Source of the DNA: Armatimonadota bacterium
GTDB taxonomy: Bacteria; Armatimonadota; HRBIN16
Length of the DNA stretch: 64,000 nt
Assembly: GCA_963677485.1 (NCBI GenBank)
Contig: OY781964.1
Span: forward strand, 3,488,001-3,552,000
Direction of reading: 5' to 3'
The position numbers and the translations under genes are program-made. The notes under the pieces were generated by a model. The model did no database searches. It was not told where the DNA came from and was given only the letters and a program-made list of their open reading frames with translations. Shown piece after piece: positions 1 through 9,403 of the stretch; the first letter of the stretch is position 1, and every line of letters begins with the position of its first letter.

Positions 1-369
1 CGAGATGATCCATACGAGCAGGAAACTCACTAATACGCTGATTGGACATTCGAAGGGGATGTATAAACACCGCGATAATGCCAGGGCAGAGATGGCCGTC
101 CAGATGATCACGAATACGATAGATGGGATTTTGTATGATATGGTGGAATCTCCAACGATGAAGCTATCTCGTTTCCCTCGTCCGGCCGCCATGGTGGTGA
201 ACACATAGACGAGTATCCATAATATCACCATGTTTATCCAGCTTACCATGGCTTCCGTAGACTGAAAGAGTAGTAGTGCCGCCACCCCAACCGCCAGCAC
301 CGAGGCCCAGCGCTTCCAGTCCTCGCGCCAGACCTTCCAAAACAGCCGTCCGAAAATGCTCCAGCTCAT
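1..369 (-). CDS. ABC transporter permease-like membrane protein, type A copy 3 (partial, runs off window start)
   Basis: ATG at 369 overlaps the stop of 366..1616 (ATGA). The reverse strand reads MSWSIFGRLFWKVWREDWKRWASVLAVGV, the same N-terminus as 1613..2860 and 4119..5402. Absent from the ORF track because it is truncated. Confidence 0.85.
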   Translation of the reverse strand, partial: MSWSIFGRLFWKVWREDWKRWASVLAVGVAALLLFQSTEAMVSWINMVILWILVYVFTTMAAGRGKRDSFIVGDSTISYKIPSIVFVIIWTAISALALSRCLYIPFECPISVLVSFLLVWIIS

Positions 370-514
370 TGCCCCTTACCTCCCGCCAGCGGTAGGATGC
401 GGCGCTTGCCCGCGGGGTCGATGTAACCCACGCTCGTCTCTGACTGCCACCAGCAGTTGCGCACCCTGATCGGCTCCGTCAGCCACTTGGCGTGGCGGAC
501 ATCGAGGACGCGGA
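281..514. repeat. Conserved ~235-bp permease B/A junction repeat, copy 1
   Basis: Near-identical to 2772-3006; its A-gene part also matches 5314-5408. Confidence 0.9.
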
Positions 515-1616
515 TAGGGTCGATATCACTGTATACACCTGAGCTGTATATGGCGTATTCTTTCGACTTTGAATGCATATAGCTCTCTTTGATTTTGCTA
601 TCGGGAACAAGCTGAGACACAGGTTGGTGCTTTTCCGAGAGTGTGATGATTTCGATCACATCCTTGCCGTTTTGAGTCCTGTCGCAGATCAAGGTGTTTT
701 CATCAAACCACGACACTGGGTATTGAAACACATGTTTCGCATGGATCTCTTGATCTGGCGAAGGGTGCCTGTTAGGGTTGGAGCTCACCAGATGCCAATT
801 GTATTCCGGAGCTGTTTGTCCAGGTCGACTAATGGGTACCATGTAGACAACCTTTGCGCCGTCAGGGCTAATGTCCGCTATCTCTGCACGGTCAAGCATG
901 TCATCACGCCTGAAGTTTGGTAAATGACCTATTGAAAAAATGAAAACTACCCAGATTACGGATATTAGGGCAAAACCTGTTCTCAACAGCCTGCTTCTGG
1001 AGTCCCACCGGCAGTACCTGTGTAACAACAGCATCAGTATGGGTGTTGCCAACAAGGCTCCCCATATTGGATAGAAAGTTATTGGAGTTTTGCCAGCCGA
1101 GTTTGGTAATAGCACAACCAGCAAGGCGGTAGGAAAGGCCCAGAGCAGCATGTGAAGATTCGTCTCGAAACGGCCAAACACAGAAAGCCCAAACCCAAAA
1201 CACCATGCAAGAAATGTGAGCCCCACCGCTTTGATCAGCCCATATTCCATACCATGAAGGCTGAGAAACGGCCGATATTCCGGCTGACATGCGATTAAGA
1301 ACACGACCAAGCTTAACAGTGCGGCCGCTATACTATAGACCAGTGCAAGCAATGCCTTTACATACATTAGCTTATCCAGATTGACAGCCATCGACGCTCC
1401 ATAATCAAACGCCCTGGTCTCTTTTTCTCGGGAGATGGAATAGGCTCCAAACACCATAGAGACGATCGCCGGCAGCAATGCCCAACCTGTCGTGCAGTCT
1501 ATGCTTCCAAGAAATGTGTAGGATGTGCCTATTGCGACAATCAACATGGAGCTCAAACATAATACGAGCCCGTATATCCAGCTCTCGTGGTGCTCTTTCC
1601 ACAGCAGACGTTTCAT
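366..1616 (-). CDS. ABC-2-type permease-like protein, type B copy 2 (about 6 TM plus C-terminal beta-rich extracytoplasmic domain)
   Basis: MKRLLWKE start, hydrophobic helices, ISREKE motif typical of ABC-2 permeases, ISPDG propeller-like motif; paralog of 2857..4122. Confidence 0.75.
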   Translation of the reverse strand: MKRLLWKEHHESWIYGLVLCLSSMLIVAIGTSYTFLGSIDCTTGWALLPAIVSMVFGAYSISREKETRAFDYGASMAVNLDKLMYVKALLALVYSIAAALLSLVVFLIACQPEYRPFLSLHGMEYGLIKAVGLTFLAWCFGFGLSVFGRFETNLHMLLWAFPTALLVVLLPNSAGKTPITFYPIWGALLATPILMLLLHRYCRWDSRSRLLRTGFALISVIWVVFIFSIGHLPNFRRDDMLDRAEIADISPDGAKVVYMVPISRPGQTAPEYNWHLVSSNPNRHPSPDQEIHAKHVFQYPVSWFDENTLICDRTQNGKDVIEIITLSEKHQPVSQLVPDSKIKESYMHSKSKEYAIYSSGVYSDIDPIRVLDVRHAKWLTEPIRVRNCWWQSETSVGYIDPAGKRRILPLAGGKGQ

Positions 1617-2860
1617 CTCTTGTCATCTCCTGTCCACTTTATAACAGGTCCTAGACTCATGGCATCTAGTCGAAGAATTCTGGTTGTTTTACGATGGTCA
1701 TCCAAAAACGTGGCGATCTTCGGGCTGCGGAACCCCATTTCGTAAATGTTGCTGTCATTAGCCATGATCATCTTCGTGGTGCGTGTTGGTATATCGATAA
1801 CCATGTAGTCAAAACCATTACCGAGTTTTGATTTGAGCCTGAGTAGAAGATATCTTCCATCATCACTTGAAGTGTGGAATATGGCACGGCCAGACTCCAT
1901 GGAATAGTCGTACCGATGACTATTGATAGCGATGATGATAGATACATCGTTCTTGATGTAGTTCCAACGGACTATACTCGACTCGGCCTTCTTGCTGTTC
2001 AATGCGATCGCCGAAACAAACTGATCGCGTTGAATGCCTACAGGAATCACTCGGTCCCAACCACCCCACTTTTTGATGTTTAATTTGTAGGAACGCCCTG
2101 TCCGGTAGTCACTGAGTGTGGCGACCCCCTCTGGTTCCTGCGTCACTTCTAACGTTTGATCCGCCGTGATTTGATGCCCATACTGCCCCAAATGCTCACG
2201 GTCGTCATCAATCACATAAGCCATCCCTGCCACAAATCCCCAGACCAGGCAAATAGTAAGTATGAGCTGAAGTATGGTCGGCATGCGCTTGTGCAGGCGT
2301 GTTGATAAAACAAGAGATAAGGTGGCGATTACCACGCTCACAGCTGCGATGTTGGCTATTCCTAGCTCTGGGAGTGAGGGTTCATAAGGCAGACTGTTGT
2401 GATAACTTATATAGTCAATGAATGCCGCGATGAATGGCAGTGTTGTGATCATGGCTGGAAACCACGGATGTGACCATATACCCAAAGAGTAACCCAACAT
2501 ACCAGCAGATACGAACCAAGTCACCATGAATGCTGTGGTATATGCAAGAGAGCCTGTATGCAACTCGGGGAGACAAGCGAAAAAGACAAGAGCATATACA
2601 CTTGCCCATATGGTGATGAGAACAATGGACGGCAGTTTTTCATATATCGTTGTGGTCTCGATATTATTACAATCTCGTTTCCCCCGTATGGCGGCCATGA
2701 AACTAGACATGTATATAAACAGAATTGGTATCCCTGACACATTGATGTATCTCCGAGCGATGCATATAACCGCCACTCCCACCGCTAGCACCGACGCCCA
2801 GCGCTTCCAGTCCTCGCGCCAGACCTTCCAAAACAGCCGCCCGAAAATGCTCCAGCTCAT
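1613..2860 (-). CDS. ABC permease-like membrane protein, type A copy 2
   Basis: LFWKVWRE N-terminus, multiple TM helices, soluble C-terminal domain with SDDGRY; paralog of 4119..5402. Confidence 0.75.
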   Translation of the reverse strand: MSWSIFGRLFWKVWREDWKRWASVLAVGVAVICIARRYINVSGIPILFIYMSSFMAAIRGKRDCNNIETTTIYEKLPSIVLITIWASVYALVFFACLPELHTGSLAYTTAFMVTWFVSAGMLGYSLGIWSHPWFPAMITTLPFIAAFIDYISYHNSLPYEPSLPELGIANIAAVSVVIATLSLVLSTRLHKRMPTILQLILTICLVWGFVAGMAYVIDDDREHLGQYGHQITADQTLEVTQEPEGVATLSDYRTGRSYKLNIKKWGGWDRVIPVGIQRDQFVSAIALNSKKAESSIVRWNYIKNDVSIIIAINSHRYDYSMESGRAIFHTSSDDGRYLLLRLKSKLGNGFDYMVIDIPTRTTKMIMANDSNIYEMGFRSPKIATFLDDHRKTTRILRLDAMSLGPVIKWTGDDKR

Positions 2861-3006
2861 TGCCCCTTACCTCCCGCCAGCGGCAGGATGCGGCGCTTGC
2901 CCGCGGCGTCGATGTAGCCCACGGAGCGGTCGCTCTGCCACCAGCAGTTACGCACCTTGATCGGCTCCGTCAGCCACTTGGCGTGGCGGACATCGAGGAC
3001 GCGGAT
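2772..3006. repeat. Conserved permease B/A junction repeat, copy 2
   Basis: Near-identical to 281-514. Confidence 0.9.
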
Positions 3007-4122
3007 GAAGGGAGAACTATCCCATCCAATCGATTTCATTATGATGTAGTCACCTTTGACCGATGGTCGGATATCGCTGCTTCCTGAACCAAGGATTATA
3101 CTTGGAAGAGTATGCGCTATCGGATGGTATCTGTCTTGGAAAGTGATGACTCTCACGCACGGTTTGTATGCTGTCTCGAAATACTCAATAACCGCAGTGT
3201 TTGCCCCAATCCATGTTTTGCTATTATAACTACCATTTATGATGTTGGCGTTGTCGCATCGATATAACTTGTTGCCGTTGCTCGCGTCAGTAAATTGCCA
3301 GTAAGTGTTGGATGCTGAACGTTTGGACTGCTTCACGGTCACCAAAAAGAGGGCGACATGGCCGTCTGGGCTGACACATATGAGCTTAGGTTTACTGGAT
3401 GGATGGTTGATCATATAAGCCTGATGTCTTCCGAACAACATCGCTATGACAACTGACGCGATGACTATCAATACAAATCCCGGTTTGAGCAGTTTATGGT
3501 CTGAACGCCATCTGCACTGCCTGTGCAACAGGATGACAGCTGCAGGTGTGATCATTAAAATCCATGTTGGCCACAATATCCACCATGATCGAACAACTTC
3601 ATATGTGGCTATCGTTGGTACCAAGAATGCGACTAACATACCCCACATGAGCGTGTGTAGATTTGTTTCGAAGCGTGCAAAGATAGATAATCCGAAGCCG
3701 AAATACCAAGCCATCGAGTTGATTGCTATGGCCTGAAACAATCTAGTAACGAGCTCATGGGGATTGAGCAAATCTCTGTATTCAGGACGACATACAATTA
3801 GGAACACTATCAGGCTGGAAATAGCGGCTAATGCGTTATAGATAAGGGCAAGCACCGCTTTTGCCAGAACAAGGGTGTCTGGGTTAACCGTGTTGTATGC
3901 TGCAAAATCATGGGTTCTGCCTTCTTTTTCGTGTGAGATTGAGAATGCCCCAAACATCATGGATATGATGACGGGTAGCATGAACCAGCCAGTGATGAAA
4001 TCTATATGCCTTATGTATGTATATGCTGTCCCTATTACTACGATCAGCACGGAACTCGCACTTAAAGCAAGACCATATGGCCAGCTCATACGGTTCTCTT
4101 TCCACAATATGCGCTTCATCAT
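2857..4122 (-). CDS. ABC-2-type permease-like protein, type B copy 1
   Basis: MKRILWKE start, ISHEKEGRT motif, TM helices, VSPDG; C-terminal ~50 aa nearly identical to 366..1616. Confidence 0.75.
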   Translation of the reverse strand: MMKRILWKENRMSWPYGLALSASSVLIVVIGTAYTYIRHIDFITGWFMLPVIISMMFGAFSISHEKEGRTHDFAAYNTVNPDTLVLAKAVLALIYNALAAISSLIVFLIVCRPEYRDLLNPHELVTRLFQAIAINSMAWYFGFGLSIFARFETNLHTLMWGMLVAFLVPTIATYEVVRSWWILWPTWILMITPAAVILLHRQCRWRSDHKLLKPGFVLIVIASVVIAMLFGRHQAYMINHPSSKPKLICVSPDGHVALFLVTVKQSKRSASNTYWQFTDASNGNKLYRCDNANIINGSYNSKTWIGANTAVIEYFETAYKPCVRVITFQDRYHPIAHTLPSIILGSGSSDIRPSVKGDYIIMKSIGWDSSPFIRVLDVRHAKWLTEPIKVRNCWWQSDRSVGYIDAAGKRRILPLAGGKGQ

Positions 4123-5402
4123 TTATGATCTCCTGTCCACTCAACAACGGGACCCAAGTTTGCGGTCTTTAGCTCTAGAATTCGAGTGGAATTCCGCTCT
4201 CGGTCGGTGAGTGTGGCGATTCCATGGTTGTTTACTTCAATATCGTATTTGGGACTGACATTAGCCAGGATAACCTTCAATATATTGGCTCGTATGTCAA
4301 TCAAGCAATAGTCACATCCTCTGCCCAGTTTTGTTTTCAACCTCATGACCACGTATCTGCCGTCATCGCTGGTGGTTCGAGGAGATTCTAGACCGTCGAA
4401 GTTGGACCGATACTCGTTCCCGTTGATAAAATACTGTCTATTGCCCAGGTCCATTAGTGTTGTTACTCGATTAGCCAGATAATCCCAGCGTATGAGGCTG
4501 TTCGTGTGAAGCTGCTTGTTGAATGCAATGGCCAGAACATACCGGTTACGACATATCCCTACAGGTATCGCCGCGCTCCAATCACCAAATCTCCTGGTAT
4601 TTATAGTGAAGGAACGTCCAGTCTTGCGGTCTTGAAGATATAGTAAACCTGCTGTTTTTTGGCGTGCTTCGAGTGTGTTATCATCTGAGGTAATGCGGCT
4701 CTTCGTGATATCCTGTGCACGATTCTCGCTGACTAGGCCGTATGCCGCAATAGCCCACAATATGCATAGGGCACCGATGAACTGGTAGCTGATCGGTATG
4801 CGCTTATTACATCTTGATGATAATGCAGATGCCGCGGCAACAATGATCACTGTGGCTACCGCCAAATTGAGTGCCGTAAATGCTGGGTATGGGATGTGGG
4901 TATGAAGTGTCAAGCTGCGTGCATAGTAGTTCTCGATTTCACATCCTACTACAGGTATTAACAAAATGGCTGAGAACCACGGATGTACCCATTGTCCGAG
5001 GACATACCCAATCAGTCCGGTTGAGACCATCAACAACATGATGAATGGGAACAATCCGCCATATGAACTCTTGGTCTCTAGATACAAGCTTAAAGATGGT
5101 AATATCGCGGATATGCTTGACCATATTACTATTAGCACCATAGACGGTGTTCTGTAGAAGGTCGCTATTGTATTCGCATCAAGACGATCTTTGTTACCTC
5201 GTACGGACGCAACAGCTATGCCGACAACCATGAAGATAAAAGCCGACATTACCACATAGGTATTTCGATCGCTATCGTCCAGAAGTGGGGTACTACTAAA
5301 AAATAGGTATGCCACCACCCCAACCGCCAGTACCGAGGCCCAGCGCTTCCAGTCCTCGCGCCAGACCTTCCAAAACAACCGCCCAAAGATGCTCCAGCTC
5401 AT
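4119..5402 (-). CDS. ABC permease-like membrane protein, type A copy 1
   Basis: Translationally coupled to the ATPase (ATGA overlap at 5399-5402); multi-TM N-terminal half, soluble C-terminal half. Confidence 0.75.
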   Translation of the reverse strand: MSWSIFGRLFWKVWREDWKRWASVLAVGVVAYLFFSSTPLLDDSDRNTYVVMSAFIFMVVGIAVASVRGNKDRLDANTIATFYRTPSMVLIVIWSSISAILPSLSLYLETKSSYGGLFPFIMLLMVSTGLIGYVLGQWVHPWFSAILLIPVVGCEIENYYARSLTLHTHIPYPAFTALNLAVATVIIVAAASALSSRCNKRIPISYQFIGALCILWAIAAYGLVSENRAQDITKSRITSDDNTLEARQKTAGLLYLQDRKTGRSFTINTRRFGDWSAAIPVGICRNRYVLAIAFNKQLHTNSLIRWDYLANRVTTLMDLGNRQYFINGNEYRSNFDGLESPRTTSDDGRYVVMRLKTKLGRGCDYCLIDIRANILKVILANVSPKYDIEVNNHGIATLTDRERNSTRILELKTANLGPVVEWTGDHK

Positions 5403-6298
5403 TGCCCCTCCTCCGGTCCGCCGACCAGTGCCACAAAGATATCTTCCAGACTCATCTGTTGCACATCCATCTCCATCGGTTGGAGCGCACGCAGACGCTC
5501 CAGCAGCTCGGGGGAGCTCTTGACGGTCAGCACCGCCTGCCGACCGGTCTGATCACACTCCAGCACACCGGGCAGGGAGGCCAGATCTGCGGGCTGCTCG
5601 GAAAAGCTCAGCACCACCCGCTGCACGCCGTTCTTCAGCTCCTCAAGAGGGGAGCACCACACCATATGGCCGTGGTCGAGTATCCCCACCCAGTCGGCCA
5701 CGCGCTCCACCTCATGCACAATGTGCGTGCTGAAGAACACGGTGCGGCCCTGCTGCTGGATCATCTCAATCACTTCGCCCAGGAAGTCGCGCCGCACCAC
5801 AACGTCCAGACCGGCGGTGGGTTCGTCCAGTATCAGCAGCTCGGGGTGATGCGCCAGCGCCAGCAGCAGACCCAGCTTCGCCTTCATGCCGCGGCTCAGC
5901 TCGCGCACCTTCTTCTTGCCATCTAACCCAAGGCGCGTTTTGTGCTCCTCGGCCAGCGCGTCGTCCCAGTCGGGGTAAAATCCCTTGCAGAACCAGATGA
6001 TCTCATCCACCTTCATCCAGTCATACATCTGCTGGCCGTCGGCCACATACCCGATGCGGCTCTTGATCTGCCTGGATTTCTTCACGCTGTCCAGTCCCAG
6101 CAGCTTCGCGGAGCCGGATGTGCGGGGCAGCAGGTCCATCAGCATCTGAATGGTGGTGGTCTTACCCGCTCCGTTGCGGCCCAGGAAGGCAAACACGCTG
6201 CCCGCCGGCACCTTCAGGTTCAGGTGGTCCACAGCGGTCTGGTGGCCGTAACGCTTGGTTAAATCGCACGTCTCAATGGCGTAGCTCAATTCGCTCAT
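5399..6298 (-). CDS. ABC transporter ATP-binding protein (YtrB/DrrA-like)
   Basis: Walker A GRNGAGKTT, signature LSRGM, Walker B LLILDEP, H-loop STH. Confidence 0.95.
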   Translation of the reverse strand: MSELSYAIETCDLTKRYGHQTAVDHLNLKVPAGSVFAFLGRNGAGKTTTIQMLMDLLPRTSGSAKLLGLDSVKKSRQIKSRIGYVADGQQMYDWMKVDEIIWFCKGFYPDWDDALAEEHKTRLGLDGKKKVRELSRGMKAKLGLLLALAHHPELLILDEPTAGLDVVVRRDFLGEVIEMIQQQGRTVFFSTHIVHEVERVADWVGILDHGHMVWCSPLEELKNGVQRVVLSFSEQPADLASLPGVLECDQTGRQAVLTVKSSPELLERLRALQPMEMDVQQMSLEDIFVALVGGPEEGQ

Positions 6299-6315
6299 GG
6301 TTCACTCCCTCTAAT

Positions 6316-6720
6316 CTACTTCGGCTCATCATGGCCGGATGATGTGTTGGTTGAAGATAGTCGCTGTTGGATGAGATCGATGAGTTCCTCACCGCTGACG
6401 TCCAGTTGGCTGGCATCACGCAGCAGGCGGTCGATGGCCTGGCTGAGGGTTTGGCGCGCGTAATCCGCGGCGACTCCCTTCACGCTTTCGGCGATGAAGC
6501 TTCCGGTGCCGTGGAGAGTGACCAGGATTCCCTCACCCTCCAACTGCTTGTAGGCCTTGCTGACGGTCAACGGGTTGATTTTCAACTTCAGCGAGGTCTC
6601 GCGCAGCGAAGGCAGACTGTCGCCAGGCTGCAGCACGCCGGTGGCGATGGCGTGCTTCACCTGCTCGACGATCTGCGCATAGACCGGTATAGAACTGCTG
6701 GTATCAACTACGAAAATCAT
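6316..6720 (-). CDS. GntR-family regulator, YtrA subfamily
   Basis: 134 aa; PVYAQIVEQVK...LQPGDSLPSLRE...INPLTVSKAYKQLE...GTGSFI; short C-terminal helices; upstream of an ABC ATPase. Confidence 0.93.
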   Translation of the reverse strand: MIFVVDTSSSIPVYAQIVEQVKHAIATGVLQPGDSLPSLRETSLKLKINPLTVSKAYKQLEGEGILVTLHGTGSFIAESVKGVAADYARQTLSQAIDRLLRDASQLDVSGEELIDLIQQRLSSTNTSSGHDEPK

Positions 6721-6730
6721 GGCCCGCCAA

Positions 6731-6780
6731 CTGTGTTAGTGATGTATAACAGTATATATGGTGTTTTACCTCAATGTCAA
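6731..6780 (-). promoter_or_regulatory. Sigma70-type promoter with overlapping YtrA-type operator
   Basis: Minus strand TTGACA (6780-6775), 18 bp, TATACT (6756-6751). Palindrome TGT-GT-TA-N6-TA-TA-ACA at 6732-6751 fits the YtrA-subfamily GTNNTA-N6-TANNAC pattern. Confidence 0.75.
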
Positions 6781-6885
6781 GGGGTATGGTAGGAATTGTA
6801 AAATTCGGTGGGGCATCGCGTGCGGTGCCCATGTGCGCGCCTGCCATTCGTAGGGGCATCGCGTGCGGTGCTTTGGCTGGATTCG

Positions 6886-7635
6886 GAACCGCGGATGGAC
6901 GCAGATGGACGCGGATGGGACGGTGGACTGTCACGCGAAGACGCGAAGACGCGAAGGCGCGGAGGGATAGGGTGGTAGCTGCCTGGGAACGCCAATCTCC
7001 CGATTGGCCTCCGGTGAAGTGACGGGGTCACGCGGGGTATTTGTTTGAACCGCGGATGGACGCGGATGGGGATGGTGTACTGTCACGCGAAGACGCGAAG
7101 GCGCGAAGGGGATAGGGTGGTGGCTGCCTGGGAACGCCAATCTCCCGATTGGCCTCCGGTGTAGTTACGGGGTCATGCGGGGTATTTGTCTGAACCGCAG
7201 ATGGACGCGGATGGGACGGTGGACTGTCACGCGAAGACGCGAAGGCGCGAAGGGGATAGGGTGGTTGCTGCCTGGGAACGCCAACCGACCGATTGGCCTC
7301 CGGTGTAGTCACGCTGTCACGAGGGTATGTGTCCGAACCGCGCATCGACGCAGATGGACGCGGATGCGACGGTGGACTGTCACGCGAAGACGCGAAGACG
7401 CGAAGGGGATAGGATGGTGGCTGCCTGGGAACGCCAATCTCCCGATTGGCCTCCGGTGAAGTCACGCTGTCATGCGGGGTATTTGTCTAAACCGCAGATG
7501 GACGCGAATGGACGCAGATGGGGACGGTGGACTGTCACGCGAAGGCGCGAAGGCGCGAAGGAGATAGGGTGGTAGCTGCCTGGGAACGCCAATCTCCCGA
7601 TTGGCCTCCGGTGAAGTTACGCTGTCACGCGGGGG
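6886..7635. repeat. Tandem array of five ~143-161-bp composite REP-like units
   Basis: Units start at about 6886, 7047, 7192, 7335 and 7489. Each holds (GATGGACGCR)n, CACGCGAAG(ACGCGAAG)n and the hairpin GCCAATC-TCCC-GATTGGC. Confidence 0.92.
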
Positions 7636-9403
7636 TGCCCAAGGGCGCGGGAACCGCGCCCCTTGTATGCTGCTGGTAGATATACCGCGCGCGGCCGCTG
7701 GGGGCGGTGTCGCCGTGTGTCCAGGCGGTCAGGATATCGCCGTCCTTCAGGCAGTTATCCGCCCACTTGAACTGCAGACTCACTAACTTACCAGCCAATC
7801 CCAGAAGCTTGCGCGGGATGGTGATCATCGACTGGTTTCCCTCCAGCCTGTAGTCCACATCGGCCAGTTTCTTCCACTTCCAGCCACCCTGACAGACCTC
7901 CAGAACCGCCTTGCTGCCTGGTGACACGCGGTTTACGGCATACTGGAACCCCTCCCAGGCCGGACCTTTACCGGTGCTGATGAAGAGCTGCATCCACTGC
8001 GGACCCGTGCGTGGTGTGATATCTTTGGTGGTCAGCACGTAGAAAACCAGGTTCTTGGCGTCACGGGCCACTTTGGCCACACGCAGGTCGTTGCGACCGC
8101 TGTTGTCTGTGTAGTGCAGTTCCTTGCCGATGCCATCATGGTCACGGGGCAGTGTCTCGTTGATGGTGTCCAGATAGCTGGGCTGCACCTTCTGCCATGC
8201 CGACCAGGGCGTGTTCTTGCCGATACTCACTTCGCGGCCTGCTTTTGGCACCGCACGGGCGCCTTTGAACTGGCGGATGTAGTTCACCATCTGGTAGTAG
8301 TAGTTGTCAGAATGTCCGCCCACCATCGGCTCGATATCGCGTGAATACTCCTGGTTGAATGTATCCACAAAGATCACTGGCTTCTTCACGCCTAGGAACT
8401 CCGGTAATCGCAACGCCATCCACTCATTCCATCCCGTGACGAAGATGAAGTCGGGGTCTTCTTTAATGGCGTGCTCGAACTGCTCAGCAAGATTGAACCC
8501 CATATTCACCGCTCCGGGCCGGGTGTCGCGTGCGCCGTTGTGCCATGTGCGTCCATATACGCGGTCGCCATCGCTCATAGAGCCCACTTTCCCATCGACT
8601 CCATTCTGCGAGGCCCCCACTGACATCATCTCTCGTTCGCCCTGGCTGTTTTTGAACATGTGCTGGGGGTATATCTCCAGCCAGCTCCACTGGTCTGGGC
8701 CGGAGGGGCCATCGAAATACGATGGCATCGGCTTGCGGAAGGTGAAGAACTCCTTCTGACTGCCAGTGGCAAACGCGGGGTCTGCCATGACCAACGGCTT
8801 CCCTTTCCATAGATACCATAACTCCTTGTAAAGGCCGGGCCGATACAACTGATCCCATAGCTGGTTCAACGAGGGGGTAGGGTCGCCGAAGGGGCACAGG
8901 AAGGCGATTTGCGGGGTCTCGAGCCCTTCGCGGCGCATCTGAGTCCATGTCTCCGCAAGGGCTTTCCAACTCTCAGGGTAGGTCACATTGTTGGTGACAT
9001 CAAAGATGACCACATCCACACCTGCATCGCTGAGCATCGTCGCGTGACGGCGTAACACCCATGTGTCGGTGTTCAGATAATAGCCATATATCGACTCCCC
9101 CCACTGATGGAAGCTGTACTGCGGGCCCCAGACCGGACTGTCGGCGTTCCTCACCGCGCTGGGATCTTTCGCCAGCGCCTTGGGAATATCGTATGGGCCA
9201 TACTTCAGGTCCAACCACAAAAAGTAGAATATACCCACCGCTTTACCTGGGCGTGGCGCCGGCACCTTCGGGGCAATGAGCAGGGGACGTCCCAGTGCAT
9301 CGGTGGCAGCCCAGGTATCGGGCATCGTGTCGATAGGTTTTGCCATCAGCGATCCTCCGATCAGTGCAAGAGCGATCAGCGGAATCACGGAAACGGGTGT
9401 CAT
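7625..9403 (-). CDS. Secreted glycoside hydrolase family 71/99-like protein
   Basis: Signal peptide; VGIFYFLW, RRHATMLSDAGVDV and FVTGWNEW...IEP resemble the GH99/GH71 barrel; close paralog of 11471..13204. Confidence 0.65.
   Translation of the reverse strand: MTPVSVIPLIALALIGGSLMAKPIDTMPDTWAATDALGRPLLIAPKVPAPRPGKAVGIFYFLWLDLKYGPYDIPKALAKDPSAVRNADSPVWGPQYSFHQWGESIYGYYLNTDTWVLRRHATMLSDAGVDVVIFDVTNNVTYPESWKALAETWTQMRREGLETPQIAFLCPFGDPTPSLNQLWDQLYRPGLYKELWYLWKGKPLVMADPAFATGSQKEFFTFRKPMPSYFDGPSGPDQWSWLEIYPQHMFKNSQGEREMMSVGASQNGVDGKVGSMSDGDRVYGRTWHNGARDTRPGAVNMGFNLAEQFEHAIKEDPDFIFVTGWNEWMALRLPEFLGVKKPVIFVDTFNQEYSRDIEPMVGGHSDNYYYQMVNYIRQFKGARAVPKAGREVSIGKNTPWSAWQKVQPSYLDTINETLPRDHDGIGKELHYTDNSGRNDLRVAKVARDAKNLVFYVLTTKDITPRTGPQWMQLFISTGKGPAWEGFQYAVNRVSPGSKAVLEVCQGGWKWKKLADVDYRLEGNQSMITIPRKLLGLAGKLVSLQFKWADNCLKDGDILTAWTHGDTAPSGRARYIYQQHTRGAVPAPLGTPA

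Noticed and set aside
6886-7635. Possible CRISPR array
   Set aside because: Whole ~150-bp units repeat with no unique spacers, and no cas genes are in the window
6704-7786. Small overlapping ORFs across the tandem repeat
   Set aside because: Translations of non-coding repeats with no RBS or protein-like composition
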